Below are positions 8,188 to 17,077 of a DNA stretch of 64,000 nucleotides, one piece after another (positions within the stretch are counted from its first letter, which is position 1; every line of letters starts with the position of its first letter). Location: positions 1-64,000 of the forward strand of contig CAVTWJ010000023.1 in NCBI GenBank assembly GCA_963738405.1. The letters are read 5' to 3'. The translations under genes were made by a program, and so were the position numbers. Source of the DNA: a candidate division FCPU426 bacterium. GTDB lineage: Bacteria; Oederibacteriota; Muellerivitia; Muellerivitales; Muellerivitaceae. The notes under the pieces are model-generated. The model searched no databases. It was not told the origin of the DNA and worked only from the letters and a program-made list of their open reading frames with translations.

Positions 8188-10269
8188 TTACGGAACAGTT
8201 ACCTTTTCCACCCGGGTCACCTGCGGGCCCTGCACACCCTCGTGCACCCAAACCTTGATGGAGATCGGCTGGGTTGAAACCACTTCCCCCGGATAATTCA
8301 GGTCGCTTTTAGTGGTCACAACACCCTCTATCAAAAACTGGTCCGAAGCGCCGTCGGTGCCTACCCATTGGGGCGGCTGGGTGGGTTTGAAGTAAGCCAC
8401 CCATTTCTTGTCTTGGATTTCCTGAATCTTTGCTGGCGGGTAATTTTCGTAGAAGAACTGAACCTGGTAACCATCGGCGATTTCGGCTTTCAGGTTCCCC
8501 AGCCAGGTCGGGATATCGTGGTAGCTGGGGCCGTAAACATCGTTGGCGAAGTTCTTCACGAATAATTGTTTCCGCTGTAATCCGGCTTGATCCCGGGGAG
8601 AAAGGGTGGAAGCCGCAGGAGCCTCGATAGGCGTAGGTTTCTCAGTGGCCATGGCCTGGGCAGTATGCTTCGAGATTTTCCTGACAGGCCGTTTAGGCTC
8701 TACTTTTTTGATAACTTCCGAAAGGATTGGCACCGCCGTAGTTTGCGGAGCCTGTTCGACCTTTGGCGCTACTTGGGCGGTTTTATTCCAAGTAGGGATA
8801 TAACCCTTGAGTCGGGCAATCAGTGCGCCCGGGTGGAAAAGGTAAGTCCAAATAAGCCAAAGCACTAATAAGAACGCGGCCACTCGAAGGAACCAGATCA
8901 CCACCGGCCTAAAGACCTTGGCCAAAAGCCTGCCAATGGTATTGAACTCGGATTTAATAACTTTCTTCCCTTCCTCGTAAACCCATTTCAAGATGTGGCA
9001 AAAGACCTTCCATAGGGTAACAATGCACTTCCAAAAGATTTGCCCCAAGGCCTGCCAGGGATTCTTGGCCAATTTGCCAAAAATAGCCTTAACCCCTGCG
9101 CCCTCAAAACCTTCCCAGACCAGTTTGAGGTCCGCTTTAAGTCCCTGCCCACCTTTGACCGCCACGACGGGTGCCGGTTTAAGCGCAACCAGCCCAGGGA
9201 CTATCCCCGCTAGGGCAGTAGCGTACCTGGGGTCATGGGGCTGGCCTTGAAGCCGCTTGGCCTCCTCCACCGTGCCCAGGGCGCCAAAAAGGGCCAGGGC
9301 CGCCTCGTCTTTGCCCAGGGTCAGTACCGCCTTATAACCCTTGGGGGTTTGGCGCACCTGGATCGTGCGGGGCAGGTCTTGCCATAACTTGGCCAGGGGG
9401 TCGTTAGGGTCGAATCTCTGGTTTTTGACCCCCTTCTTGACCTCCGTTTTACCGTCTTGGGGAAAGCTCTCAGGGCTGTTCCCTTTCTTGATCCATTCCA
9501 CCAGCTTCTTCACAAGGTTCAAGGTTAGTTGGCGGTCATACACCACCCGCAAAGCCGCTTCGATTTTTCCTTGATCATCCGCCGAACCAGTCGCTAGATC
9601 CGCTAAAACCAGGACCATCCCCTGGGTTATCTCATAATCGTCGGATTTTATGAATTGATCATAAATGAGGCCTTGACTCGTTTTATTCAATAATTTCAAT
9701 AGTTTTAGAGCCTTACTGATGGTTGTTTGGTCTTTCGCAAGTGCATCGGCGGCCTGTTGCTGATTCATTCCGCTCTTAATCAGGCTATCGGCGGCTTTGG
9801 CCCAAGCCAGCCAATTCATGTCTTTGCGTACATTATCCAAGATGGCGGCTTGCTGGGCCTCTTGGGGGGTCATATGCCGGGCTATGGCTTCCAGGGCGGT
9901 TAGGGGCACCAGTGGGGCGGCGGCGGTACGGAGAAAGCCCCCTACCAGCCGGTAGGGCTTATCCGTGTGGGCCTGGGCCCTTTCTTCAGGTGTGCGGTAA
10001 CGAAGGAGGATGGGGGTCTCTTGCCCGGATTGTTTGAGGGACCGGACCATATCGTCGATGTCTTTTTGGGGGTAGGGCCCCCGGGGGTTGTCTTCGGGAA
10101 CCACCAGGATCTGGCCCAGGGGAACAATTAGGATTTCCCCCTTCTTGTTCGATTCCTTCGGTGAATCGGCCGCCGGGGCCGAAGCCTCATGCTGCGGCCC
10201 GCGACTTGGCTGTGCCGATTCCATAGAGGAATCGGCGTTACTAGTTGATTCAGGCATAGGGCCCTCCAA
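8188..10269 (-). CDS. ParB-like protein (ParB N-terminal domain + HTH) fused to a TM segment and an extracytoplasmic domain
   Basis: NPR, SLKQSGQETPILL, LVGGFLRTAA (GxxRxxA), DNVRKDM; HTH QQQAADALAKDQTTISKAL; TM VAAFLLVLWLIWTYLF. Confidence 0.8.
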   Translation of the reverse strand: MEGPMPESTSNADSSMESAQPSRGPQHEASAPAADSPKESNKKGEILIVPLGQILVVPEDNPRGPYPQKDIDDMVRSLKQSGQETPILLRYRTPEERAQAHTDKPYRLVGGFLRTAAAPLVPLTALEAIARHMTPQEAQQAAILDNVRKDMNWLAWAKAADSLIKSGMNQQQAADALAKDQTTISKALKLLKLLNKTSQGLIYDQFIKSDDYEITQGMVLVLADLATGSADDQGKIEAALRVVYDRQLTLNLVKKLVEWIKKGNSPESFPQDGKTEVKKGVKNQRFDPNDPLAKLWQDLPRTIQVRQTPKGYKAVLTLGKDEAALALFGALGTVEEAKRLQGQPHDPRYATALAGIVPGLVALKPAPVVAVKGGQGLKADLKLVWEGFEGAGVKAIFGKLAKNPWQALGQIFWKCIVTLWKVFCHILKWVYEEGKKVIKSEFNTIGRLLAKVFRPVVIWFLRVAAFLLVLWLIWTYLFHPGALIARLKGYIPTWNKTAQVAPKVEQAPQTTAVPILSEVIKKVEPKRPVRKISKHTAQAMATEKPTPIEAPAASTLSPRDQAGLQRKQLFVKNFANDVYGPSYHDIPTWLGNLKAEIADGYQVQFFYENYPPAKIQEIQDKKWVAYFKPTQPPQWVGTDGASDQFLIEGVVTTKSDLNYPGEVVSTQPISIKVWVHEGVQGPQVTRVEKVTVP

Positions 10270-10524
10270 ATAGGTTCTGAATTCACTGCATTAGGGAAAA
10301 AATAAATCAGGCCTTTTTGGGAGGCAATTGGAAAAGTAACCGGCAAAGTATTTTTTTGGGCCAAGACCGGCGCAGAACCCCGTTTTACGCCAATATTTAG
10401 GCAATTTTCCCAATCGAAGGCTCAACAGCTATGATTGGAAAGTCGAGGGACAACGGATTTCTTGAAGGGCGTGAAGGAGATTTGAGGTGTATGCGGGGTC
10501 AGGCCTGAAAAAAGAAAATTCCAG

Positions 10525-10694
10525 CCATCCCGCCCAACCCATCAACCAATTCCCCAAAAAGCCTTTTCGCATCCCGGTAATCTTCTCATCCCTGAGCCCT
10601 ATTTCCTTCTGGTTTAAAAGCTCCAAGTCGTTCCCGCCTCGACATAGCGCCCAGGCATGGGCAGGCCATAGAGGGTGGCGTAAGACTGGTTGAA
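10525..10694. repeat. Direct repeat copy A: last ~26 codons of the TonB receptor gene plus the ~60-bp core
   Basis: Near-identical to 11621-11791; encodes FNQSYATLYGLPMPGRYVEAGTTWSF. Confidence 0.92.
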
Positions 10695-10862
10695 ATTTGC
10701 AAAGGCAAAGATGAAAGCGAAGTCAAACAGCGGAAAAAGCTGTTGAGCATCCTGGAAGCCGCACCCATCCAAACCCCTACAGGTTTCAACCTCGCGCCCC
10801 ATTGATGGATGAAACAAGTAAAAGGGCCAGGCTGGAAGTTCTTTTCGTTTGAAAAAGCGAAC

Positions 10863-11216
10863 CTAAATCTTTGTCAAATCCGCTTCTTGAAACATCCTGC
10901 GGAAAGGAACCCCCAAGGCACGGGCGATCTTTTGAACGATCTTTACGGAAGTATTGTACTTATCCGAAAAAGATTCAATGTAAGTGATGACTCTTTTGGC
11001 CACTCCGGAGCGGGAAGCAAGTTCCGCTTGGCTCCAACCTTTCTCGCCCCGCAGTTCAATGATGTTATAAGCCAAACAAGCCAAAGGTTCCGGCTCTTTG
11101 AGGGCCTTATAGGCTTCCGGTTTTCTTTTTTTAAGTTCCTTCAGGTAATCTTCGTGGCTGGTGCCTGAAGTTTCGGTTTTCTGCCGGTGCTGTGTTTTCA
11201 TAATCCCCCCATTCAC
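10863..11216 (-). CDS. XRE-family HTH antitoxin (HigA-like)
   Basis: IIELRGEKGWSQAELASRSGV...KIARALGV. Confidence 0.85.
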   Translation of the reverse strand: MNGGIMKTQHRQKTETSGTSHEDYLKELKKRKPEAYKALKEPEPLACLAYNIIELRGEKGWSQAELASRSGVAKRVITYIESFSDKYNTSVKIVQKIARALGVPFRRMFQEADLTKI

Positions 11217-11226
11217 GGCCTTGTTT

Positions 11227-11538
11227 TTACCCGTTCTCTATTTCTTTGATGTATTTCTCAACCGCCTTATTCTCGGCCGGTCCCGGTTCTCCTTTGCGGT
11301 CCAAATGAGCCGCAAGGACATAAAGGGTGTCTTTACCGTCGTAATAGTAATAAACGATTACGGCCTCGCCATCCTGGGTTTCCAGCGTTCGCTCAAACTT
11401 ACCCGCCTTTTTGGCCTCCGCTTCTATCTGCTTGTATTGAAGGGCCTGTTTAACTATTTCCCTTGGACCGTAATGCTTCCAGGTAAATTCTTTGAAGAAG
11501 GGTTTCAGCTCGATCTTCATTTCGGGCTTACCATCCAA
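11227..11538 (-). CDS. Divergent RelE/HigB-like toxin candidate
   Basis: Size, position upstream of the HTH gene, VIVYYYYDGKDTLYVL resembling the HigB C-terminus; palindrome TAGCATTATAATGCTA upstream. Confidence 0.55.
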   Translation of the reverse strand: MDGKPEMKIELKPFFKEFTWKHYGPREIVKQALQYKQIEAEAKKAGKFERTLETQDGEAVIVYYYYDGKDTLYVLAAHLDRKGEPGPAENKAVEKYIKEIENG

Positions 11539-11620
11539 ATATTCAAAATGACGATAACTAATGTTATAGCATTATAATGCTACTATCAAGACCTTACCCC
11601 AAAACAGCAAATCTGATTGC

Positions 11621-11791
11621 CCATCCCCCCCCACCCATCAGCAAATTCCCCAAAAAGCCTTTTCGCATCCCGGTTAACTTCTCATCCCTGAGCCTTATTT
11701 CCTTTTGGATTTAAAAGCTCCAAGTGGTTCCCGCCTCGACATAGCGCCCGGGCATGGGCAAGCCATAGAGGGTGGCGTAAGACTGGTTGAA
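11621..11791. repeat. Direct repeat copy B
   Basis: Matches 10525-10694. Confidence 0.92.
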
Positions 11792-13609
11792 GAGGTTGGT
11801 GCCGTTGAGGAAGAGCCTCAGGCTTGAATCGACGTGGACTCGAATTTCCGTGTTCCAAACCCAATAGGAAAGAGTGGTCAAAAGGGGCGGCACATCGTCA
11901 AATTCGCCCTGGTAGAGGGTGGGGTTGTGCTCAACGTACTGGGTGTAGAGGTTCCAATCGACCCCCGGCCCCAATTCAGACCGGAATCCGGCCGTGAATT
12001 TATCCTTCAAGCGGTCGGGGATGGGCTGTTGGGTGGCTTGGTCGCGGGAATCGACATAAAGAAAGTTTCCGTAGGGGGAAAACCAGGGGGTGAGGTTCCA
12101 CCGCAGGTCGGCTTCGGCCCCCAGCAGAAGCGCCTGGGGAATGTTAGCGAAGGTCCAAAAGCCGTTGGCGTCCTGCGCGGGGGTGATGAGGTTGGAATAG
12201 TTGTCGGCGAACCCATCCGCCTGGAAGAACAGGTTTTTCCAAGCCAGGTTCATCCCCAACTCCCAATTGACCGAGCTTTCCGCAAGCAGGTTGGGGTTGC
12301 CCGTTTCCCCGGCCCCGAATTCCTGGGGACCGCCGGGGGCGAAGGGGATGTTGGGGTGGTAAAGCTCGTCGAAATCCGCCCGGCGGTATCCCGTACCCGC
12401 CTCGGCGTAGAAAGTTAGGCCCGGCTCCCACTCGTAACGGATCGTACCTTCGGGATTGAAAACCGCCGTGTTGTAGTCGGTGTAGGAATCCACCCGGCCG
12501 CTCCAATCGAGCGTCAGGGAGGGGGCGATCAAAAGGCTTCCCCGCGCGTTCAGGGAAAACAGGTTGTTCTCCCGGGTGCCCCCGCCGTCCAGGCCTTCGG
12601 TGCCCCGCACCTGATCGGATCGGAATTCCAACCCCAGGCTCAGGCCGCTGAACCAGCCTTCCTGTTTCAGGGAAGCCGAGGCGGCCCCATCGAAGGTATC
12701 GTAATCATTCAAGTCCGTGGGAGGGACTCCCGCCGCGTTATCCGCCTGCAGGGGGCTTAAGCGGTAGATATAGGCGTAGTTGTAGGAAAAGGAACTGTCC
12801 AGAACCCAGTCGCCGATCGGGTGTTCATCCTGAAGGGCCGTGACGAAGGTTTGTTTTTGGCCCCGGTCGTCGGTATCGAATTCGCCGATATCCTGGGCCG
12901 CCAGGCTGTCGCCGTTGGGAGCGCCCCCGTCGCGGTAGGTGTACTGGGCCGTCAGGGTCAGTTGGCCCGCCCCCAGGTGGAAGAGCGAGGTATGGTCCAG
13001 TTCACCGGAGACCTGGTCGGTGTTGAGGGTGTAGCCGTTGGTTTGATCCCAATTGCCCCCGAAGGAAGCTTCCCAGGGGCCGGTTTTCCAGGTGCCGGTG
13101 GAGGCCCGTAATTGGTAGGTGCCAAAGTCGCCGGTGGAGGCGCCCCAAAGCCCCTTCGTTTCCCCCTTTTGGGTGAGAATGTTCAAGACCCCGCCGGTGG
13201 CGTCGGGAGCGTAAGAGAGCGCGCCCGGCCCCTTGATCAATTCAATGCTTTGAATGTCATCGGTGGGCAGGGTGCCCAGGTCAAAACCCTGGTTCATCCT
13301 TTGGCCGTTGAGGAGGATCACGGTCTGGTTCGCGCCCCCTCCCCGGATTGAGGGTTTGCTGAAACTTTTGGCCCCGCCCAGGCCCTGGGATTCAAGGGAG
13401 GGCAGTTCCCCCAGCCGGTCCCCCAAGCGGCCGTCAGATTCCAGGGCTTCCAGATCCGGCCCCTCTAAAATTTTATTTCCCAATTTTTGCCCGTAAACGA
13501 CCACTTCGTTCATCTGGTAAAAGCCCGGGGTAGGGCTGGGGGCGGGGATTTCCTGGGAAGAAACGGATCGGCTGAATAGGATGAAAAGCACGCAGAGCCC
13601 ATAACGCAT
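11711..13609 (-). CDS. TonB-dependent outer-membrane receptor (BtuB-like)
   Basis: EVVVYG TonB box, SIRGG...ILLNG plug, IELIKGP, C-terminal Phe. Confidence 0.92.
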   Translation of the reverse strand: MRYGLCVLFILFSRSVSSQEIPAPSPTPGFYQMNEVVVYGQKLGNKILEGPDLEALESDGRLGDRLGELPSLESQGLGGAKSFSKPSIRGGGANQTVILLNGQRMNQGFDLGTLPTDDIQSIELIKGPGALSYAPDATGGVLNILTQKGETKGLWGASTGDFGTYQLRASTGTWKTGPWEASFGGNWDQTNGYTLNTDQVSGELDHTSLFHLGAGQLTLTAQYTYRDGGAPNGDSLAAQDIGEFDTDDRGQKQTFVTALQDEHPIGDWVLDSSFSYNYAYIYRLSPLQADNAAGVPPTDLNDYDTFDGAASASLKQEGWFSGLSLGLEFRSDQVRGTEGLDGGGTRENNLFSLNARGSLLIAPSLTLDWSGRVDSYTDYNTAVFNPEGTIRYEWEPGLTFYAEAGTGYRRADFDELYHPNIPFAPGGPQEFGAGETGNPNLLAESSVNWELGMNLAWKNLFFQADGFADNYSNLITPAQDANGFWTFANIPQALLLGAEADLRWNLTPWFSPYGNFLYVDSRDQATQQPIPDRLKDKFTAGFRSELGPGVDWNLYTQYVEHNPTLYQGEFDDVPPLLTTLSYWVWNTEIRVHVDSSLRLFLNGTNLFNQSYATLYGLPMPGRYVEAGTTWSF

Positions 13610-13740
13610 TTCGATAACCTTGAATGGATTAAATAAGGCGAGATTATAAACACGGGCGAGAAAGCAAGGTTGAGAGCGTGTTAAATGTTTTGCCAAAGCG
13701 GGGCAAAAGGGGCAGACCAAAATAGTGGACAAGGTTTCTA

Positions 13741-13900
13741 CCCCGCCCAACCCATCAGCCAATTCCCCAAAAAGCCTTTTCGTATGCCGGTAAATTTCTC
13801 ACTTTTAGCACATCCTTTTTGGGCATGCGGAGAAAAACTCCAGGGCCTTTTTTGAAGCTGACCAAAACCCTGGTGTAAAAGAAGCTTCGAGATTGCCGGG
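13741..13900 (-). repeat. Direct repeat copy C: diverged 3' end of gene 14837-15268
   Basis: Translates to FYTRVLVSFKKGPGVFLRMPKKDVLKVRNLPAYEKAFWGIG versus FYPRVLVSFKKYPGVFLRMTKKDALRVRSLPGCEKAFWGIG. Confidence 0.9.
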
Positions 13901-13901
13901 C

Positions 13902-14102
13902 TTACCGCGCCTTGTATGCTTTTTTAGATTCACGGATGGAGGGTGTTTTTTTATTCACGCTGACATAGACGGCCTTACCGTCTTTCATCACCGCGATGGG
14001 CAAACCTAAACGCCTGTGTTCTTCGATAACCCCTGCCACTGCTGTTTGGAGAGCTTTCTCGGCCAAAAGGCCGTGTTTGGTCGGTTTTTGCGAAGCCTTC
14101 AT
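13902..14102 (-). CDS. Small partner (antitoxin-like) of the zeta-like ATPase
   Basis: Overlapping start/stop; AVAGVIEEHRRLGLPIAVMKDGK. Confidence 0.7.
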   Translation of the reverse strand: MKASQKPTKHGLLAEKALQTAVAGVIEEHRRLGLPIAVMKDGKAVYVSVNKKTPSIRESKKAYKAR

Positions 14103-14686
14103 TTTCCCTCCTCTAACATTTTTACAATTCTATCGTAAACCTCAGGAAGAATGACGCGGTCTTTACCCGCGGACCGCTCAAATACCATCCTAGGCGCGGA
14201 GGATGAATTATCAAATATCACGCAATAGTCCACTAAGCCCATATAGATATTAAAAAGGTTATTCAAACCTTTCTTGAAGCGCCGTCGCACAATTTCCGCG
14301 GGAATGTCATGCCCGCCCAGGCGCACCCGGTCCGCGATTCTTTTAAGCGACAAAGACACCTCGGGCACCCATAGATAGTAGAGATTCAAAACATAACCCT
14401 TTCTTCTCAATTCTTTGAAAAGTTTCACATACCCTTTGCCGGAGAGGGTGGTTTCAAAACCGAAATCGGCCCCGCGCCGGGCTTGCTCGTGAATGCCTGA
14501 AAGGAAAAGCCTCCCGGCCTGCATGGTGGCCGCGTCCACGTTGAAGGGCGACAGCCCCTTGGCGATCAAATCGGCGTTGATAAAGTTGCGGCAGTCCGCG
14601 ATCTTGGGCAGGAACTGGGTGGCGAAGGTGGTTTTGCCCGTGCCGTTGGGGCCGGCGATGACATAAACAACTGGTCTTTTTAGCAT
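14099..14686 (-). CDS. Zeta-toxin-like P-loop ATPase
   Basis: IAGPNGTGKTT, FINADLIA, FETTLSG, RVRLGGHDIP. Confidence 0.9.
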   Translation of the reverse strand: MLKRPVVYVIAGPNGTGKTTFATQFLPKIADCRNFINADLIAKGLSPFNVDAATMQAGRLFLSGIHEQARRGADFGFETTLSGKGYVKLFKELRRKGYVLNLYYLWVPEVSLSLKRIADRVRLGGHDIPAEIVRRRFKKGLNNLFNIYMGLVDYCVIFDNSSSAPRMVFERSAGKDRVILPEVYDRIVKMLEEGK

Positions 14687-14836
14687 CCTAATTCCCATCG
14701 TTGGATAAGGGTGTCTCCCCAACCGTCATTGACGGTTGGGATAACCCAATCTCGACCCTCGCCTTGAAGGCTCACGGCAGGTGTGGAATCCATGGGCCTT
14801 ATTCTACCTTCTCATTCCCCGTCCCCGCCCAACAAA

Positions 14837-15268
14837 TCAGCCAATACCCCAAAAGGCCTTTTCGCATCCCGGCAAACTTCTCACTCTTAGTGCATCCTTT
14901 TTTGTCATGCGAAGAAAAACCCCGGGGTATTTCTTAAAACTAACCAAAACCCTGGGATAAAACAAACTTTGAAATTCCTCGGCCGTGATATCTTCCCAAG
15001 GTATAAACAGGGGCGTATGACCTAATCTAAGCCAAGGCGTAACATTAAGCGAAAAACCTGTGGCATTCCCGCCTAGGTCAAGGCTGAACCCATAATTTGC
15101 AATTCCCATTCCGCCGGAACATATAACCGTTTCGCCTTCATAGGGCGTCAGGGCCGCGTAAACCTTGGCGAGTTTGGACCATCCACCCACACGGGAAGCC
15201 AAAACCCCCGCGCTGGGAAGGGTGATCAGAACGATTAAAAGCAGAATGGGGACAAAAAATGGAGGCAT
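14837..15268 (-). CDS. Hypothetical membrane-anchored protein (its 3' end is repeat copy D)
   Basis: N-terminal TM, GGWSKLA, LFIPWEDI. Confidence 0.75.
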   Translation of the reverse strand: MPPFFVPILLLIVLITLPSAGVLASRVGGWSKLAKVYAALTPYEGETVICSGGMGIANYGFSLDLGGNATGFSLNVTPWLRLGHTPLFIPWEDITAEEFQSLFYPRVLVSFKKYPGVFLRMTKKDALRVRSLPGCEKAFWGIG

Positions 15269-15279
15269 AGTCGAATCCT

Positions 15280-15576
15280 TTACTTAAATAAGTCGTTCCA
15301 TTTACTTTCCATGTCGCCTTTGGGGTTGGGGGGGCCGGATGCCTTTCCCTTGCCCCGATCCGAAAACTGAAACTCATCGCAGAAATTGCGTTTGACCTTA
15401 TCTGCCACGGGCTCGCTGGTGCGGCTGAGGCATTGGTTGTAGGAATTAGGGTCGTAGTGGCGGCAGTTGAGACAGCAATGCAGGTCCGCCCCGCAGGAAT
15501 AGCAGGTCTGATCCTTCCCGGGCTGGGTGCCCGGCAGGGGTTCAAAAGGGTTTTGGCACGCTTGGCAAACTTTCAT
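15280..15576 (-). CDS. Cys-rich small hypothetical protein
   Basis: CxxC clusters; CGADLHCCLNCRHYD; RNFCDEF. Confidence 0.8.
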   Translation of the reverse strand: MKVCQACQNPFEPLPGTQPGKDQTCYSCGADLHCCLNCRHYDPNSYNQCLSRTSEPVADKVKRNFCDEFQFSDRGKGKASGPPNPKGDMESKWNDLFK

Positions 15577-15589
15577 GATGATCCCTCAC

Positions 15590-17077
15590 TTACCGGGTGA
15601 GAACCTGGCCCACAGCCCATTTCCACCCGGCCCAAAGTTTTTGACGCTCGTCTTCTTTCATCTTGGGGGCAAAAACCCGATCCACCTTGCGAAGCCGGTG
15701 GATTTGCGAGGCGGATTTCCAAAACCCGGCCTGAAGCCCCGCCAAAAAGGCCGCGCCCAAGGCCGTGGTTTCCACCACTTGGGGCCGGTTAATTTTAATC
15801 TTGAGCAAATCGGCTTGGAACTGCATGAGCAGATTATTTTTGCAGGCCCCGCCATCCACCCTTAGTTCCCTCAGCTTCAAATGGGAATCCTTGAGCATGG
15901 CTTCCACCAAATCCCGGCTTTGGAAAGCCAGTGATTCAAGCGTCGCCCGAACCACATGGGCCCTGTTGGTGCCCCGGGTGATGCCAAGAAGAGCCCCACG
16001 GGCCTTGGAATCCCAATAGGGGGCGCCGAGCCCCACGAAAGCGGGAACCAGGTAAACCCCTCCGGTATCTTTAACCGAAGCCGCTACCTTTTCCGATTCG
16101 GGGGAGGTTTTAATCAGTTGAAGCCCGTCCCTGATCCATTGGATAGCCGCCCCCCCAATAAAAACCGACCCTTCTAACGCGTAAACCGGCCAGCCTTTGG
16201 CGTCGCAAGCCAAAGTGGTTAATAGCTTGTTTTTAGAAATAAGTTTTTTCTTTCCCACGTTCAGAAGAAGAAAGCACCCGGTGCCATAGGTGTTTTTTAG
16301 GGTTCCCGGTTCATGGCAGCCCTGGCCAAAAAGGGCGGCTTGCTGGTCGCCCGCGATGCCTGTGATGGGAACCCCGGCTCCCAAATAACTTTTGGGGGAA
16401 GTTTTCCCAAAGAAGCTGGCGGAAGGCTGAACCTTAGGAAGGAGGGAGGATGGCACACCTAGAATGCGCAAAAGGTCCTGGTCCCATTTTTTGGTGAAGA
16501 TGTTGAACAAGAGGGTGCGGGAAGCGTTGGAAAAATCGGTGGCGTGGGTCTGCCCGCCGGTCAGTTTCCACAAGAGCCAGGTATCGATGGTGCCAAAGGC
16601 CAACTGGCCCTTCTTGGCCTTCTGAAGGGCGCCTGGTACGTTCTTGAGAAGCCATTCCACCTTGGTGCCTGAAAAATAAGCGTCCAGCACCAGGCCCGTT
16701 TTGGACCTGAATTTATTTTCTAATCCACGTTTCTTGAGTTCTTCACAGCGGGGGGAAGTACGCCTGCATTGCCAAACGATGGCCCGGTGGATGGGTTTGG
16801 CCGTCTTGCGGTCCCATATCACCGTAGTTTCCCGCTGGTTGGTAATGCCGATGGCGGTGATATCGCCAGGCTTAGCCCCGGCGGATTTCAGGGCCTTTCT
16901 GCCGGTGGCTTCCACCGATTCCCAAATCTCTTGGGCGTCATGTTCCACCCAGCCGGGTTTGGGGAAATACTGTGTGAATTCCTGGTAGGCGTTCCCCACC
17001 ACCTTGCCGGCCTGGTTAAAAAGATAGGTGCGGGTTCCGGTAGTGCCTTGATCGATGGCGAGGATTAATCGTCCCAT
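15590..17077 (-). CDS. glpK: Glycerol kinase
   Basis: IDQGTTG, GITNQRET, GDQQAALFGQ, KNTYGTG. Confidence 0.97.
   Translation of the reverse strand: MGRLILAIDQGTTGTRTYLFNQAGKVVGNAYQEFTQYFPKPGWVEHDAQEIWESVEATGRKALKSAGAKPGDITAIGITNQRETTVIWDRKTAKPIHRAIVWQCRRTSPRCEELKKRGLENKFRSKTGLVLDAYFSGTKVEWLLKNVPGALQKAKKGQLAFGTIDTWLLWKLTGGQTHATDFSNASRTLLFNIFTKKWDQDLLRILGVPSSLLPKVQPSASFFGKTSPKSYLGAGVPITGIAGDQQAALFGQGCHEPGTLKNTYGTGCFLLLNVGKKKLISKNKLLTTLACDAKGWPVYALEGSVFIGGAAIQWIRDGLQLIKTSPESEKVAASVKDTGGVYLVPAFVGLGAPYWDSKARGALLGITRGTNRAHVVRATLESLAFQSRDLVEAMLKDSHLKLRELRVDGGACKNNLLMQFQADLLKIKINRPQVVETTALGAAFLAGLQAGFWKSASQIHRLRKVDRVFAPKMKEDERQKLWAGWKWAVGQVLTR

Noticed and set aside
13610..13760. Cobalamin riboswitch upstream of the BtuB-like gene
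   Set aside because: Short leader with no recognisable B12-box
10525..14985. Diversity-generating retroelement TR/VR pairs
   Set aside because: Differences are not adenine-specific, many are synonymous, and there is no reverse transcriptase in the window
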